From: an uncultured bacterium | Lineage (GTDB): Bacteria > Babelota > Babeliae > Babelales > Babelaceae | Direction of reading: 5' to 3' | DNA length: 64,000 bases | Assembly: GCA_963713855.1 (NCBI GenBank) | Contig: OY970209.1 | Location: 416,001 to 480,000 of the forward strand | In this document: piece after piece, positions 49,029-58,321 of the stretch | Numbering within the stretch: the first letter of the stretch is position 1 | Layout: each line of letters begins with the position of its first letter | Translations under genes and position numbers: made by a program | The notes under the pieces: generated by a model | Seen by the model: the letters and a program-made list of their open reading frames with translations, nothing else | Databases searched by the model: none | What the model was told of the DNA's origin: nothing

Positions 49029-49528
49029 AAATCACCTGTTGCCAAAACTGCTGTAAGGCATGTATATAAACGAGCTAAATCCTCAGAAACCGGTTTTGTA
49101 TCGGCCAAGGTAACCAAAAAACTTGTATCACTTTTGTAGCGTGGTAAAACATGAAGATGTATATGTTCTGGGATACTGCCTCCTGCTGCGTTACCGCCCA
49201 TGTTCATACCTATATTAAATCCATCGGGATGCACGCTTTTTGAAAGTAAGCGAACCCCTTTATTTGCAGCCTCCATAAGCTCGCATCGCGCGCCCTCATT
49301 CAACTGAGTTAAGCTATCCATATGAGCGTACGGTGCAATGAGAAGATGTCCGCCATTATACGGGTAAAGGTTAAGCATGGTAAAGGTGTATCTTCCTCGC
49401 CAGAGTATAAAATTTTCCTTGTCCCTTGTGGTATCGTGACCAAGAGAACAAAAGACACATTTTGTTGGATTTTTTTTGCCATCTTGCGTTGCATAAGGGC
49501 TACGCCAGGGGGCATACAAAGTATTCAT
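49025..49528 (-). CDS. HIT family hydrolase (Ap4A phosphorylase-like)
   Basis: LYAPWR, CVFC, LNLYPYNGGHLL, HIHLHVLPR. Confidence 0.93.
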   Translation of the reverse strand: MNTLYAPWRSPYATQDGKKNPTKCVFCSLGHDTTRDKENFILWRGRYTFTMLNLYPYNGGHLLIAPYAHMDSLTQLNEGARCELMEAANKGVRLLSKSVHPDGFNIGMNMGGNAAGGSIPEHIHLHVLPRYKSDTSFLVTLADTKPVSEDLARLYTCLTAVLATGDL

Positions 49529-49560
49529 ACCTGTTTAGTATACCCCTTTTACAGCAACTC

Positions 49561-50559
49561 TCAAGAAGCCGCTTTTTGTTCTACTGGTTTTTTATAATTT
49601 GAGCTCAATTTTGCTGAAAGGTCACGCATGCGCTTAAGCGATGCTCGAGCATCCGTTCCTTCTGCCTGGTTGACCTGCTCATTTTGAATGATGGTTGGTA
49701 TGAGTGATAGGTTAAAAGGGCCATCTCTATCAGCGTCAACGACAAATAAAAATGATCGGTCATTTCGCTCATTTCGATCTATAGCATAGTCATCAACAAA
49801 GTCACCCGTTTGATAGAGTATGAGCTTTCCTTTATACCATTCATAGCCTTGAAACGTATGGTTGCTGTGACCGTGAAGTATATCTGCACCCGCATCAATC
49901 ATGCGATGCGCAAAGCTTTTAAACCTTGTAGATGGCTCTTTTTGCCAATTCGGTCCCCAGTGCAAAGTGACAATAAGAAGATCGACTTCTTTTTTAAGCA
50001 ACCTGATTGCTTTTTCTGCATCCTCAATATCAAAAAAGTGTGTTCCTGGACCCGGGCCTGCTTTCCAAGATGGCTCATTGTCTGTATATCCCACTATGCC
50101 GATTTTAAGACCCTTCCTTTGTATTAATACAGGCTTTGCTGCCTCTCTATCATTCATTCCGGCGCCTGTGTGTTGAATTCCGGCTCTATTCAAGGTATTA
50201 AGCGTGTCCTTAAGGCCCTCAATTCCAAAATCAAGAATGTGATTGTTTGCGATATTAACAATGTTAATGAATCCCGCAATTAAAGCATTTACATGCTCAG
50301 GATCAGCTTTAAAATTAAAGACTTTCGGCGTGGGGTGCGTACTACGCGTAAAAGTAGTTTCCAAATTAGCTATGTTGAGATCATTTGCTTTGAGAAAAGG
50401 TAGCATTGTTCCCCAGACGTAAGTGGGCTCTTTGTCCTTGGTATTCGTGTTGACAAGCCTTCCAAGCATAACATCACCGGCAAATCCGATACGTACTGCA
50501 GGTACACTTATATGACTGAAAAAGGCTAAAAGTAACAGCGCAAATAAGCAATAAATCAT
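49561..50559 (-). CDS. CapA/PgsA-family metallophosphoesterase
   Basis: GDVMLGR, ANLET, ANNHILDFG, LHWG, GHSNH. Confidence 0.92.
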   Translation of the reverse strand: MIYCLFALLLLAFFSHISVPAVRIGFAGDVMLGRLVNTNTKDKEPTYVWGTMLPFLKANDLNIANLETTFTRSTHPTPKVFNFKADPEHVNALIAGFINIVNIANNHILDFGIEGLKDTLNTLNRAGIQHTGAGMNDREAAKPVLIQRKGLKIGIVGYTDNEPSWKAGPGPGTHFFDIEDAEKAIRLLKKEVDLLIVTLHWGPNWQKEPSTRFKSFAHRMIDAGADILHGHSNHTFQGYEWYKGKLILYQTGDFVDDYAIDRNERNDRSFLFVVDADRDGPFNLSLIPTIIQNEQVNQAEGTDARASLKRMRDLSAKLSSNYKKPVEQKAAS

Positions 50560-50810
50560 ATAAAACTCTCACCAAATTCTGTTTATAAGCCTAATGAAAA
50601 GTGGGATGGAAATGCAAGATAGTGCAACAAATCAATGTGCCAATTGCGCACGATGTGTGCAACTTTGAATGGCCGATTTTTTTATTAGAAATTGTTAGTT
50701 CGATTTAATTACAAAATCGGGATGTTGACCGCCATTGCTCTAAATGTTTATTAATGATATGTTTGAGTCACTTTTTCATCTAGAGTTCCTCAAGATTAAG
50801 GAGATGTATC

Positions 50811-53800
50811 TTGATTTCACTGTGCTTAAAAAAGCTCATAATATCTGCAATCTTTGTCCTATTTCCGACATACAACTATGGTATCTGTAGGCTTGTAGGA
50901 ACAAGTTCGGTATCGCCGACAGGCTTGGCTCCTGTCGCGATAGCATTTTCTCCAGACAGCAAAAGTGTAGCTACTGCTAATACTAACTCGAACAATGTAA
51001 CGGTGTTTTCGATAAGCACAGGAACCCCAAGTAGCTACCCGCTACCAATAGATTCTGCCGCTCCTTATTCGGTCTCGTTTTCTCCAAACGGGCTTTTTCT
51101 TGCAACTGGGAATCTTAATTCTGCTAACGCGACACTCTTTCAAGTAGGTGCGGGCGACGTTCTCTCAAATGGGACTTCTTATAGTCTGCCGGTAGGAACG
51201 ACAAACCCGCGCCCAAGCGCTTTTTCTCCCAATGGAGCATACTTTGCAACTGCTACTGCTGCCGCATTTCCACAAACAAACAATGTGACAGTATTTCAAG
51301 TGAGCGCTGGTGGAAATCTTTTTGGGGCAACTTCCTACGCGTTACCCGGCAATGCTGGTGTTGTAGGAATGGCATTTTCACCTAACGGATTATACCTTGC
51401 AGTTACTGATGCAAGTAGCGTCACCGTATTTCAAGTTGGTGCGGGCGGAGTATTGTCGGGAGCACTTTCTTATCCATTGCCAGCGGGCTCAAGTACGATA
51501 TATTCATTAGCATTTTCCCCCGATAGCTTATATCTTGCTACGGCAAATAATGGAAGCACCGATGTCACTATATTTCAAGTAGGCGCTGGCGGAGTATTAT
51601 CGGGAGCGTTATCGTATCCACTTCCAGCAGGCGCAACAAGTGTTTATTCTGTAGCATTTGCGCCCAGCGGCTCCACACTTGCTACCGCTAACTTGGGCTC
51701 AAGCAATGTCACGGTATTTCAAGTAGGAGCTGGGGGAGCTTTATCGGGGGCAACAAACTATGCACTGCCCGGCGGTGCATTTAGCCCTGGTGCTCTTGCC
51801 TTTTCGCCAAATGGTTCTTACCTTGCTACTGCAAATATCAATACCTACAACATCACGGTGTTTGATGTTGGCGCAGGGGGAGTACTATCTGCTCCTGTTA
51901 ACCATGCACTGCCGAGCACCCCAGCAATGCCCGACTCGATAGCTTTTTCTCCCAATGGCCTCTATCTTGCAACTGCCAATAAAACTTCCAATGATGTGAC
52001 GATGTACAACGTGGCAACGGGAGGAACTTTGACGGGCGGCACCTCATACCCTTTACCTTCCGGCTCTAGTGATCCTTTGTCAGTAGCTTTTTCGCCAAAT
52101 GGCTCCTATCTTGCAACTGCCAATGATATCTCGAACAATGTGACGATTTTTCAAGTAGGGTCGGCAGGTGCGTTATCGGGAGCTATTTCATACAATTTAC
52201 CTGCCGGCTCTTCGCCTGTATCAGCAGTATTCTCGCCAAATGGCGCATATCTTGCAACTGCTAACATTAACGGGAATAACGTCACGATATTTCAGGTCGG
52301 AGCTGGTGGAGTACTTTCAGGTGCACTTTCGTATGCTTTGCCTGTAGGCTCGACTGAACCGCAATCAGTTGCTTTTTCGCCTAATGGCCTCTATCTTGTA
52401 ACGGCCAATTTTGGCACAACTTCGAATAACGTAACAGTTTTTCAAGTTGGGGCAGGAGGGGCTTTATCTGGAGCCATTTCCTATGCTTTACCTGCTGGTT
52501 CTCTGTGGACGGGTTCAGTGGCGTTCTCGCCCGACGGGTTATACCTCGCCACTTCTAATTTTAAGAGCAATGACGTTACAATCTTTCAAGTTGGCGCAGG
52601 TGGAGTGTTATCGGGGGCAATTTCGTATCCTTTACCTAACGGCTCGCTCTTTCCTCTTTCAGTAACCTTTTCAACTGATGGCACGTCACTTGCAGTGAGT
52701 GCTGACCCGACCATTGTGCTTTTTAATGTGGCATCGGGTGGCGTACTGACGGAAGGTGCTGCATACGCTTTAGCAGGTGGATTTACCTTCCCGTTTGCAG
52801 CAGCTTTTTCATCGGATGATTCATACATCGTTACGACGAACAATAACCCCTACGTGACGACCATCCTCAAATGTGGGACCTTTCAAAGTCCGTTAAGCTC
52901 TATTTCCTTGCCTTCCGGATCTAAAGGCCCCGAAGCGATTATGTTTTCAAGCAATGGCAACTACCTTGCCACTGCAAACTATAACTCCCACGATGTAACA
53001 GTATTTGGAATCAATGCAACTTCTAGCGTTTTGCCAGGAGTTTCTTATCCGCTTCCTGCCACTTCTTTTGGTCCTTTTGGCTTAGACTTTTCATCGGATA
53101 GTGGTTTTCTGGTTACGGCTAATAAAAACTCAAGCGATATTACTCTCTTTAAAGTAGTATCAGGGCAGCTTTTGGCAGGTAGTTCGTACAAGCTTCCGGC
53201 AGCTTCAACTGCGCCTGTCGCGGTAGTTTTTTCTCCTAATGACGCTTACATTGCTACAGCAAATAGTGTTTCTAATGATGTTACTCTTTTTGCATTTACG
53301 GGCGGTACACCGCAAAATCCGACTTCGTATTTGCTTCCAGCAACCTCGAGTCAACCAACCGCTTTAACTTTTACGCCAGACAATAACTTTTTGGTTACGG
53401 CCAATACGAAATCACAAGACATCACCATGTTTCAGGTAGCAAGTGGAGCATTAACAAATGGCGTTTCGCAGGCGCTGCCCACATCTTCGACTGCACCCTC
53501 ATCGGTTACTTCATTCTTTGATAGCAATGGAAATATCATCGTTGTAGTAGCTAATAGTGGTTCTGATAACATTTCTCTCTTTCTTATTAGTGGCAATACC
53601 TTGTCCGCTGGCCAGTCTCGACAATTACCGCTTGGCAATGCACAGCCAGGCTCTATCGCTCTTTCTCAAAACGCAACTTTATTCGCGACAGCTAATAGTG
53701 CATCAAGCACCATTTCCCTCCTTGACGCGACAAACGGAATAGTGTCCAATTCAACTTCGTACTTTTTACCAAATAACTCCCAGCAATGTACTTCAATAGC

Positions 53801-54113
53801 GTTTTCTCCTGTTTCTACAGCTAATGGAACCTTGCTTGCTACGGCAAATTTCTTGTCTGATGATATATCTATTTCCTCGGTGTTTGGAGCAGGAAGCACG
53901 GGCTACGGAAGTACAGGTGGTAGTAATAGTGGAGATGGTAGCTCAACAAATATTGCCGTCATTGTAGGTCCCGTTGTTGGTGGTGTTGTGGGTCTTACCG
54001 CACTCGCAGTAACGGCCATAGCAGCTTTTGCAGCTTATAAATATTTTTCGATGCGATATCGAGGAATCGGAAGTGTCAATTTTGGACCGGAAACGGCGGA
54101 TAGCAACCTATAA
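50811..54113 (+). CDS. Large beta-propeller surface protein (about 21 blades) with a C-terminal single TM anchor
   Basis: AAGGAG RBS with TTG start; signal peptide; ~44-aa repeat SVAFSPNGxYLATANxxSNxVTxFQVGAGGxLSGAxSYxLP; Gly/Ser linker, TM IAVIVGPVVGGVVGL..., short tail containing GSVNF. Confidence 0.9.
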   Translation: MISLCLKKLIISAIFVLFPTYNYGICRLVGTSSVSPTGLAPVAIAFSPDSKSVATANTNSNNVTVFSISTGTPSSYPLPIDSAAPYSVSFSPNGLFLATGNLNSANATLFQVGAGDVLSNGTSYSLPVGTTNPRPSAFSPNGAYFATATAAAFPQTNNVTVFQVSAGGNLFGATSYALPGNAGVVGMAFSPNGLYLAVTDASSVTVFQVGAGGVLSGALSYPLPAGSSTIYSLAFSPDSLYLATANNGSTDVTIFQVGAGGVLSGALSYPLPAGATSVYSVAFAPSGSTLATANLGSSNVTVFQVGAGGALSGATNYALPGGAFSPGALAFSPNGSYLATANINTYNITVFDVGAGGVLSAPVNHALPSTPAMPDSIAFSPNGLYLATANKTSNDVTMYNVATGGTLTGGTSYPLPSGSSDPLSVAFSPNGSYLATANDISNNVTIFQVGSAGALSGAISYNLPAGSSPVSAVFSPNGAYLATANINGNNVTIFQVGAGGVLSGALSYALPVGSTEPQSVAFSPNGLYLVTANFGTTSNNVTVFQVGAGGALSGAISYALPAGSLWTGSVAFSPDGLYLATSNFKSNDVTIFQVGAGGVLSGAISYPLPNGSLFPLSVTFSTDGTSLAVSADPTIVLFNVASGGVLTEGAAYALAGGFTFPFAAAFSSDDSYIVTTNNNPYVTTILKCGTFQSPLSSISLPSGSKGPEAIMFSSNGNYLATANYNSHDVTVFGINATSSVLPGVSYPLPATSFGPFGLDFSSDSGFLVTANKNSSDITLFKVVSGQLLAGSSYKLPAASTAPVAVVFSPNDAYIATANSVSNDVTLFAFTGGTPQNPTSYLLPATSSQPTALTFTPDNNFLVTANTKSQDITMFQVASGALTNGVSQALPTSSTAPSSVTSFFDSNGNIIVVVANSGSDNISLFLISGNTLSAGQSRQLPLGNAQPGSIALSQNATLFATANSASSTISLLDATNGIVSNSTSYFLPNNSQQCTSIAFSPVSTANGTLLATANFLSDDISISSVFGAGSTGYGSTGGSNSGDGSSTNIAVIVGPVVGGVVGLTALAVTAIAAFAAYKYFSMRYRGIGSVNFGPETADSNL

Positions 54114-54140
54114 ACACTTGACTTTTGGTTACGATACTAG

Positions 54141-54434
54141 ATAGTATTAAAGTTACAAGCTTTCTATAACTTGCCTATCGGTTCTCATGGTCCACAGGGA
54201 ATAGTGTTCTCGCCCGATGATTTATTCATTGCCACTGCCAACTATGACCAAACAGCTCCAGGAACACCTAATGTCACCATATTTACGACGGTCGGATGCT
54301 CAGCGCCTGCACCAGGCACTTCTACAGGTTCGGCCTCAGGCGGATCTTCCTCAAGCGCAAATGAGGCACTGCGGACTAAGTGGTTTGTCTCCGAACTACT
54401 ATCTTCTATGTAACTGACAATAATGTTCTTATAA
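54141..54434 (+). pseudogene. Orphan last-blade plus C-terminal tail cassette of the propeller family
   Basis: FYNLPIGSHGPQGIVFSPDDLFIATANY...GC, Ser/Gly linker, stop at 54411-54413, then in-frame LTIMFL*; tail resembles that of 41815-44172; no RBS or signal peptide. Confidence 0.75.
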
Positions 54435-54447
54435 GAAGTGCATTTTA

Positions 54448-54482
54448 ACTGAAAGCGGTAGGTTCAACCTACCGCTTTCAGT
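54448..54482. terminator. Long inverted repeat between convergent genes (probable bidirectional terminator)
   Basis: actgaaagcggtaggtt-c-aacctaccgctttcagt, flanked by AT-rich sequence. Confidence 0.75.
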
Positions 54483-54517
54483 ATATTTTCAGCGATTTTG
54501 ATTCATTAAGGATAGCG

Positions 54518-55453
54518 CTACTTTTGGCTGACCGATTTTTGATACGGGATGCATGCTCTGTGCTTATACGCATAGCGTAGGCCACGTTTATACCCTTTAA
54601 GCCAATCTCTGTTCCTGGCGACAAAAGCAGCTTCCAGAAATAGGCCGCATATACTCCAAAAATATGCTAGTATTCGCCATTTATTTACTGGATAGAAGTT
54701 TTTAAAAAAAAGATAGGTATAGTTTGCTATAAACATGGCTTTATTTTCTATAACGGAGTCACGTCCTAAGGGACTTTCCCGGTGATCGAGTACTGCGCGG
54801 GGATTAAAAAAAAGTGGCCATGAGCGAGATATCCTATAGGAAAAATCGCAATCTTCCATGTATGCATAGAAGGTCAATGCTTCGTCAAAGCTATACTTCT
54901 TAAAAACGGCTGAGCGAACCGCCATGCAGCCGTTCAAAACTTCTACTGGCTTAAAATGTTGACTTCCGTAAGCATGGGTGGGCATGCCTGAGCTTGTAAA
55001 ATAACCATGGCTATAATTTCGTTGGAGTAAAAAAATCGCACGTGCAGTATTTACCCATGGCCTATAAGCGCTTATGGGTGCGATTGAGCCCATTCCACCA
55101 GCATAGGAAGGATAATCAATAAAGCTTCTGTTCATTTCTTCTAAATAGTAAGGCGAGAGAATTACATCATCATCGAAAAAGTACAAAATCTCGCCCGACG
55201 CGTGCTTGACGCCCTGATTTCTTTGATAGGTAAGGCCTGGTGCAGTATGACGATAAATGAGTTTTGCTAAAAAAAATTCTTTAGTCCACAGGGGCTTAAT
55301 AAGAGCGTTTTCTATAACTGGGGTTGAGCTGCTATCGATAATAACGATTTCCGTAGGAGCTACTGTTTGTCGTTGCAGTGAGGTGAGCATATGCGCAAGG
55401 TCGGAAGGCCTATTGCGCGTACAAATGATAACGCTTGTTTCTAAACTTCTCAT
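54518..55453 (-). CDS. GT2 glycosyltransferase (no signal peptide)
   Basis: SVIICTRNR, RNQG, FFDDD, FDE...EDCDFSYR. Confidence 0.92.
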   Translation of the reverse strand: MRSLETSVIICTRNRPSDLAHMLTSLQRQTVAPTEIVIIDSSSTPVIENALIKPLWTKEFFLAKLIYRHTAPGLTYQRNQGVKHASGEILYFFDDDVILSPYYLEEMNRSFIDYPSYAGGMGSIAPISAYRPWVNTARAIFLLQRNYSHGYFTSSGMPTHAYGSQHFKPVEVLNGCMAVRSAVFKKYSFDEALTFYAYMEDCDFSYRISRSWPLFFNPRAVLDHRESPLGRDSVIENKAMFIANYTYLFFKNFYPVNKWRILAYFWSICGLFLEAAFVARNRDWLKGYKRGLRYAYKHRACIPYQKSVSQK

Positions 55454-55566
55454 AGGTACCTTTATACCCTAACATTGGATGCTGTTGAAGCTGTCGAATT
55501 ATCTTAAGAATAGAACAATTCGAAAGACTTGCAAGAGAGCTCTTTACGCGCAAGCTAAAAGCATTA

Positions 55567-56286
55567 TCAGTGAGTTGTGCTATAGGCAAATCGTGACAGC
55601 GCGGGAAACTCGTTCGGTTTTTCTCGTAACCTTTTTATAGTCGCCGATTCGATTATTCGGCCGTTATCCATAAGATGTACAGTTCCTTCAAGGACCTCTA
55701 CAAGCCTCATGTCGTGCGTAGCTACAAGGACCGAGTATCCCTCTTTGGCGAGTGACTGTATGTGTCCTGCTACGGCATTGGTCAGCAATGGGTCAAGTGA
55801 AGAAGTTGGTTCATCCATGCATATAATCTGCGGCTTTAAAGCCAGAGCACGCGCAATGCTTAAACGTTGCTTTTGCCCTCCAGATAGCTGGCTCACTGCT
55901 AGCTGAGCTTTATCAAGAAGGCCATAATTTCTTAAAAGCTCGTGTGCACGCTTCTTGGCGTCGGATTTACTCGCTTTAGCTCCCTTCTCCATTGCGAGGG
56001 TAATATTTTCTTCGACGCTCAAATGGGGAAAAAGGTTGAATTGTTGAAAGATCATACCAACAAGGTGTTTAGTATGCATGGTTTCTTTATTGAGTGGTTG
56101 GCCGTTGTACGTAATAGTACCGCTATCCGCTTGCTCTAAATTATTGAGTATCCGTAAAAGCGTTGATTTTCCGACCCCGGAGGCTCCAAGTAATAATACG
56201 ACCTCACCTTTGTTGAGCGTCAACGAGACATCGGTGAGAATATGTTTTGAGTTAAAAGTTTTGCTAATGTTTTGAATCTTGAGCAT
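55567..56286 (-). CDS. Polar amino acid ABC transporter ATP-binding protein
   Basis: GASGVGKST, FQQFNLFPH, LSGGQKQR, MDEPTSSLDP. Confidence 0.95.
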   Translation of the reverse strand: MLKIQNISKTFNSKHILTDVSLTLNKGEVVLLLGASGVGKSTLLRILNNLEQADSGTITYNGQPLNKETMHTKHLVGMIFQQFNLFPHLSVEENITLAMEKGAKASKSDAKKRAHELLRNYGLLDKAQLAVSQLSGGQKQRLSIARALALKPQIICMDEPTSSLDPLLTNAVAGHIQSLAKEGYSVLVATHDMRLVEVLEGTVHLMDNGRIIESATIKRLREKPNEFPALSRFAYSTTH

Positions 56287-56932
56287 GCCATCCCATCTTT
56301 TTTTCAAAAAGTGTAACTGAAAGCGAAAGTAATGAGGTCATTATGAGATATAAAAGGGCCGCGGCGCAAAATATCGATATAACGTCGTATGTTTGATTAA
56401 TAATTGATCGAGATTCTTTGTAAAGTTCCATAACTCCTATAACCGAAGCCAAGCTGGAATCTTTAATAAGCGTAATCATTTCACCAGCGAGTGCAGGAAG
56501 CACTATCCGAAGAGCTTGGGGCAAAATAATATAGCGAGCAACTTGAAGTTTATTCAAACCAAGTACATAGCCAGCTTCCCATTGCTCTTTACCAATGGCG
56601 CTAATACCTGATCGTATAATCTGGCTAACATAAGCACTGCTGTTAATTCCTATAGCTACTACGGCGGTGGCCAACGCGGAAAGCGTTATGCCAAATTGCG
56701 GCAGAACGTAATAAAGAAATGTTATATGGATAAGCATAGGAGTGCCGCGTATAAGGCCAACATAAGCGCTTACAAGTTTTGAAAAAAAAGGCATTTTGCT
56801 TGCTTGCACAAATCCGAGAATGGTTCCCAATATAAAACCGATAGACCATGATCCCAAGGCGATCAGAAGGGTTATACGTGCCCCTTTTAGAAGTTGGGGA
56901 AGTGACGCTATAATGAGGTTGTAATCAATCAC
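56264..56932 (-). CDS. Polar amino acid ABC transporter permease
   Basis: IRGTPML, SAYVSQIIRSGI, ILPQA, LIKDSSL. Confidence 0.95.
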   Translation of the reverse strand: MIDYNLIIASLPQLLKGARITLLIALGSWSIGFILGTILGFVQASKMPFFSKLVSAYVGLIRGTPMLIHITFLYYVLPQFGITLSALATAVVAIGINSSAYVSQIIRSGISAIGKEQWEAGYVLGLNKLQVARYIILPQALRIVLPALAGEMITLIKDSSLASVIGVMELYKESRSIINQTYDVISIFCAAALLYLIMTSLLSLSVTLFEKKMGWHAQDSKH

Positions 56933-56953
56933 AAAATAACCTTTCTCAAACTT

Positions 56954-57709
56954 TTACCAAGCTAGATGCCATTTTTCTCTTAATTTTTTTAATGTCCCAT
57001 CTTTCTGCATTGCATCTAAAACCTTATTAATGTTATCAAGAAGTTCGGGATGCTTTTTTGAAACTGCCAGAGCATAGCTATCAGCGGCTTCGGGTATGGT
57101 AAAAATGGTAAAGGCCTCAGTGCCATGCTGATCAAAAAAGGGTTGAACAGCGCTTCTTGAAGAAACATAGGCGTAGCCGCGTTGCATCTTAAGAGCAAGA
57201 AATGCCTCTGCAGGTGTCGAAAGTCGCTTTAGTACGATGTCCTTTTGAGCCTCCATAAATGTCTCTGCTGTAAAGCCATCGTTGACAATAATTTCTTTAT
57301 CTTTTAAATCAGAAAGCCTTTGAATCGCCGGTGCACCTGAAAGGGTTATAACCACAAGCGGATCAGCCTCTATATACGGCTGTGTAAAAAACATCTTTTC
57401 AGCTCTTTTTGGAGTCGGTGTCATACCAGCGGCAAGAACCTGTACTCTGTTGGTCACGAGTTCTAGCAGTAAACCATCAAAAGCTAAGTCTCTATACTCA
57501 ACTTCCTTTTTCAGGCGATGGGCAATCTCATTAGATAAATCTATATCAAATCCTTGTAGAGTACCATCTTTAATAAATTCGAATGGAGGGAACGAGGCAT
57601 TGGTGCCAATTACAAGTTTTGACGAGTTTGTATTTTTACTCTTATTCTTTACGAGGCATAATGCAAAAGCTGTAGCTACTAAAGTGACAATGATAAAGTG
57701 TTTATTCAT
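56954..57709 (-). CDS. Amino acid ABC transporter substrate-binding protein (probably arginine)
   Basis: FPPFEF, GFDIDL, GMTPTPKR, DGTLKKLREKW; start moved to MNKHF, overlapping the argR stop. Confidence 0.92.
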   Translation of the reverse strand: MNKHFIIVTLVATAFALCLVKNKSKNTNSSKLVIGTNASFPPFEFIKDGTLQGFDIDLSNEIAHRLKKEVEYRDLAFDGLLLELVTNRVQVLAAGMTPTPKRAEKMFFTQPYIEADPLVVITLSGAPAIQRLSDLKDKEIIVNDGFTAETFMEAQKDIVLKRLSTPAEAFLALKMQRGYAYVSSRSAVQPFFDQHGTEAFTIFTIPEAADSYALAVSKKHPELLDNINKVLDAMQKDGTLKKLREKWHLAW

Positions 57710-58175
57710 TAATTGCTTCCTTCGATCTAAAGTGCAACAGCGTGCATACAAGCTCGTAGACCTTAGCGGTTTGGTTCGTTGATTTTGGTAGAATGAAAAC
57801 AACATTCTCACCAGCAAGCGTCGCTAAAATGTGCTTGTTGTTCATGGAGTCTAAATAATCACCGACAAATGCCGCCCATCCCCCCATCGTCTTTACGACG
57901 ACAGTGGTTTGATTGTACAGTATGTCTTGTACCCCAAGGCGCAAGATCTCTTTTTGGGTGTGGTTTTCGGAAAGCTCATACACAAAAGTATCTTTATACT
58001 TACGTTTAGCAATACCCAGATCATGAAGGTCCCGAGAAATAATCGACTGATTTGAGACAATCGCGTATTTTTCATACAGAAGCTTTACAAGCTGCGCTTG
58101 GTCTTCTATAGGATACTTCACAATAATTGATTTAAGAGCCTCCTGTCTTTCGTGTACGCCCTTCTTCCTTTTCAC
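57702..58175 (-). CDS. argR: Arginine repressor
   Basis: RQEALKSII, QAQLV, QSIISRDLHDLG, VVVKT, ILATLAGEN; GTG at 58175 preceded by AAGGAAAGG. Confidence 0.9.
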   Translation of the reverse strand: MKRKKGVHERQEALKSIIVKYPIEDQAQLVKLLYEKYAIVSNQSIISRDLHDLGIAKRKYKDTFVYELSENHTQKEILRLGVQDILYNQTTVVVKTMGGWAAFVGDYLDSMNNKHILATLAGENVVFILPKSTNQTAKVYELVCTLLHFRSKEAINE

Positions 58176-58185
58176 ACCTTTCCTT

Positions 58186-58241
58186 ATTGAATAAATATTC
58201 ACTATTATCTGAATAATAATTCTTTACCTATAAACTGTCAA
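58186..58241 (-). promoter_or_regulatory. Sigma70 promoter overlapped by tandem ARG boxes
   Basis: ARG boxes atTGAATaaatATTCAct (58186-58203) and tcTGAATaataATTCTtt (58208-58225); minus-strand TTGACA (58241-58236), 17 bp, TATTAT (58218-58213). Confidence 0.85.
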
Positions 58242-58321
58242 GAGATTTATTGGCTTATTAACCAGGCTTTTAAGAAATACTTAAAGTATAAGTAAACATT
58301 GTCAACATTTGAGAAACTTAT

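Noticed and set aside
50900..53900. Regular ~132-bp periodicity as a possible CRISPR or non-coding tandem array
   Set aside because: The repeats are in-frame, vary mostly at synonymous positions and encode propeller blades; no constant repeat/unique spacer pattern and no cas genes
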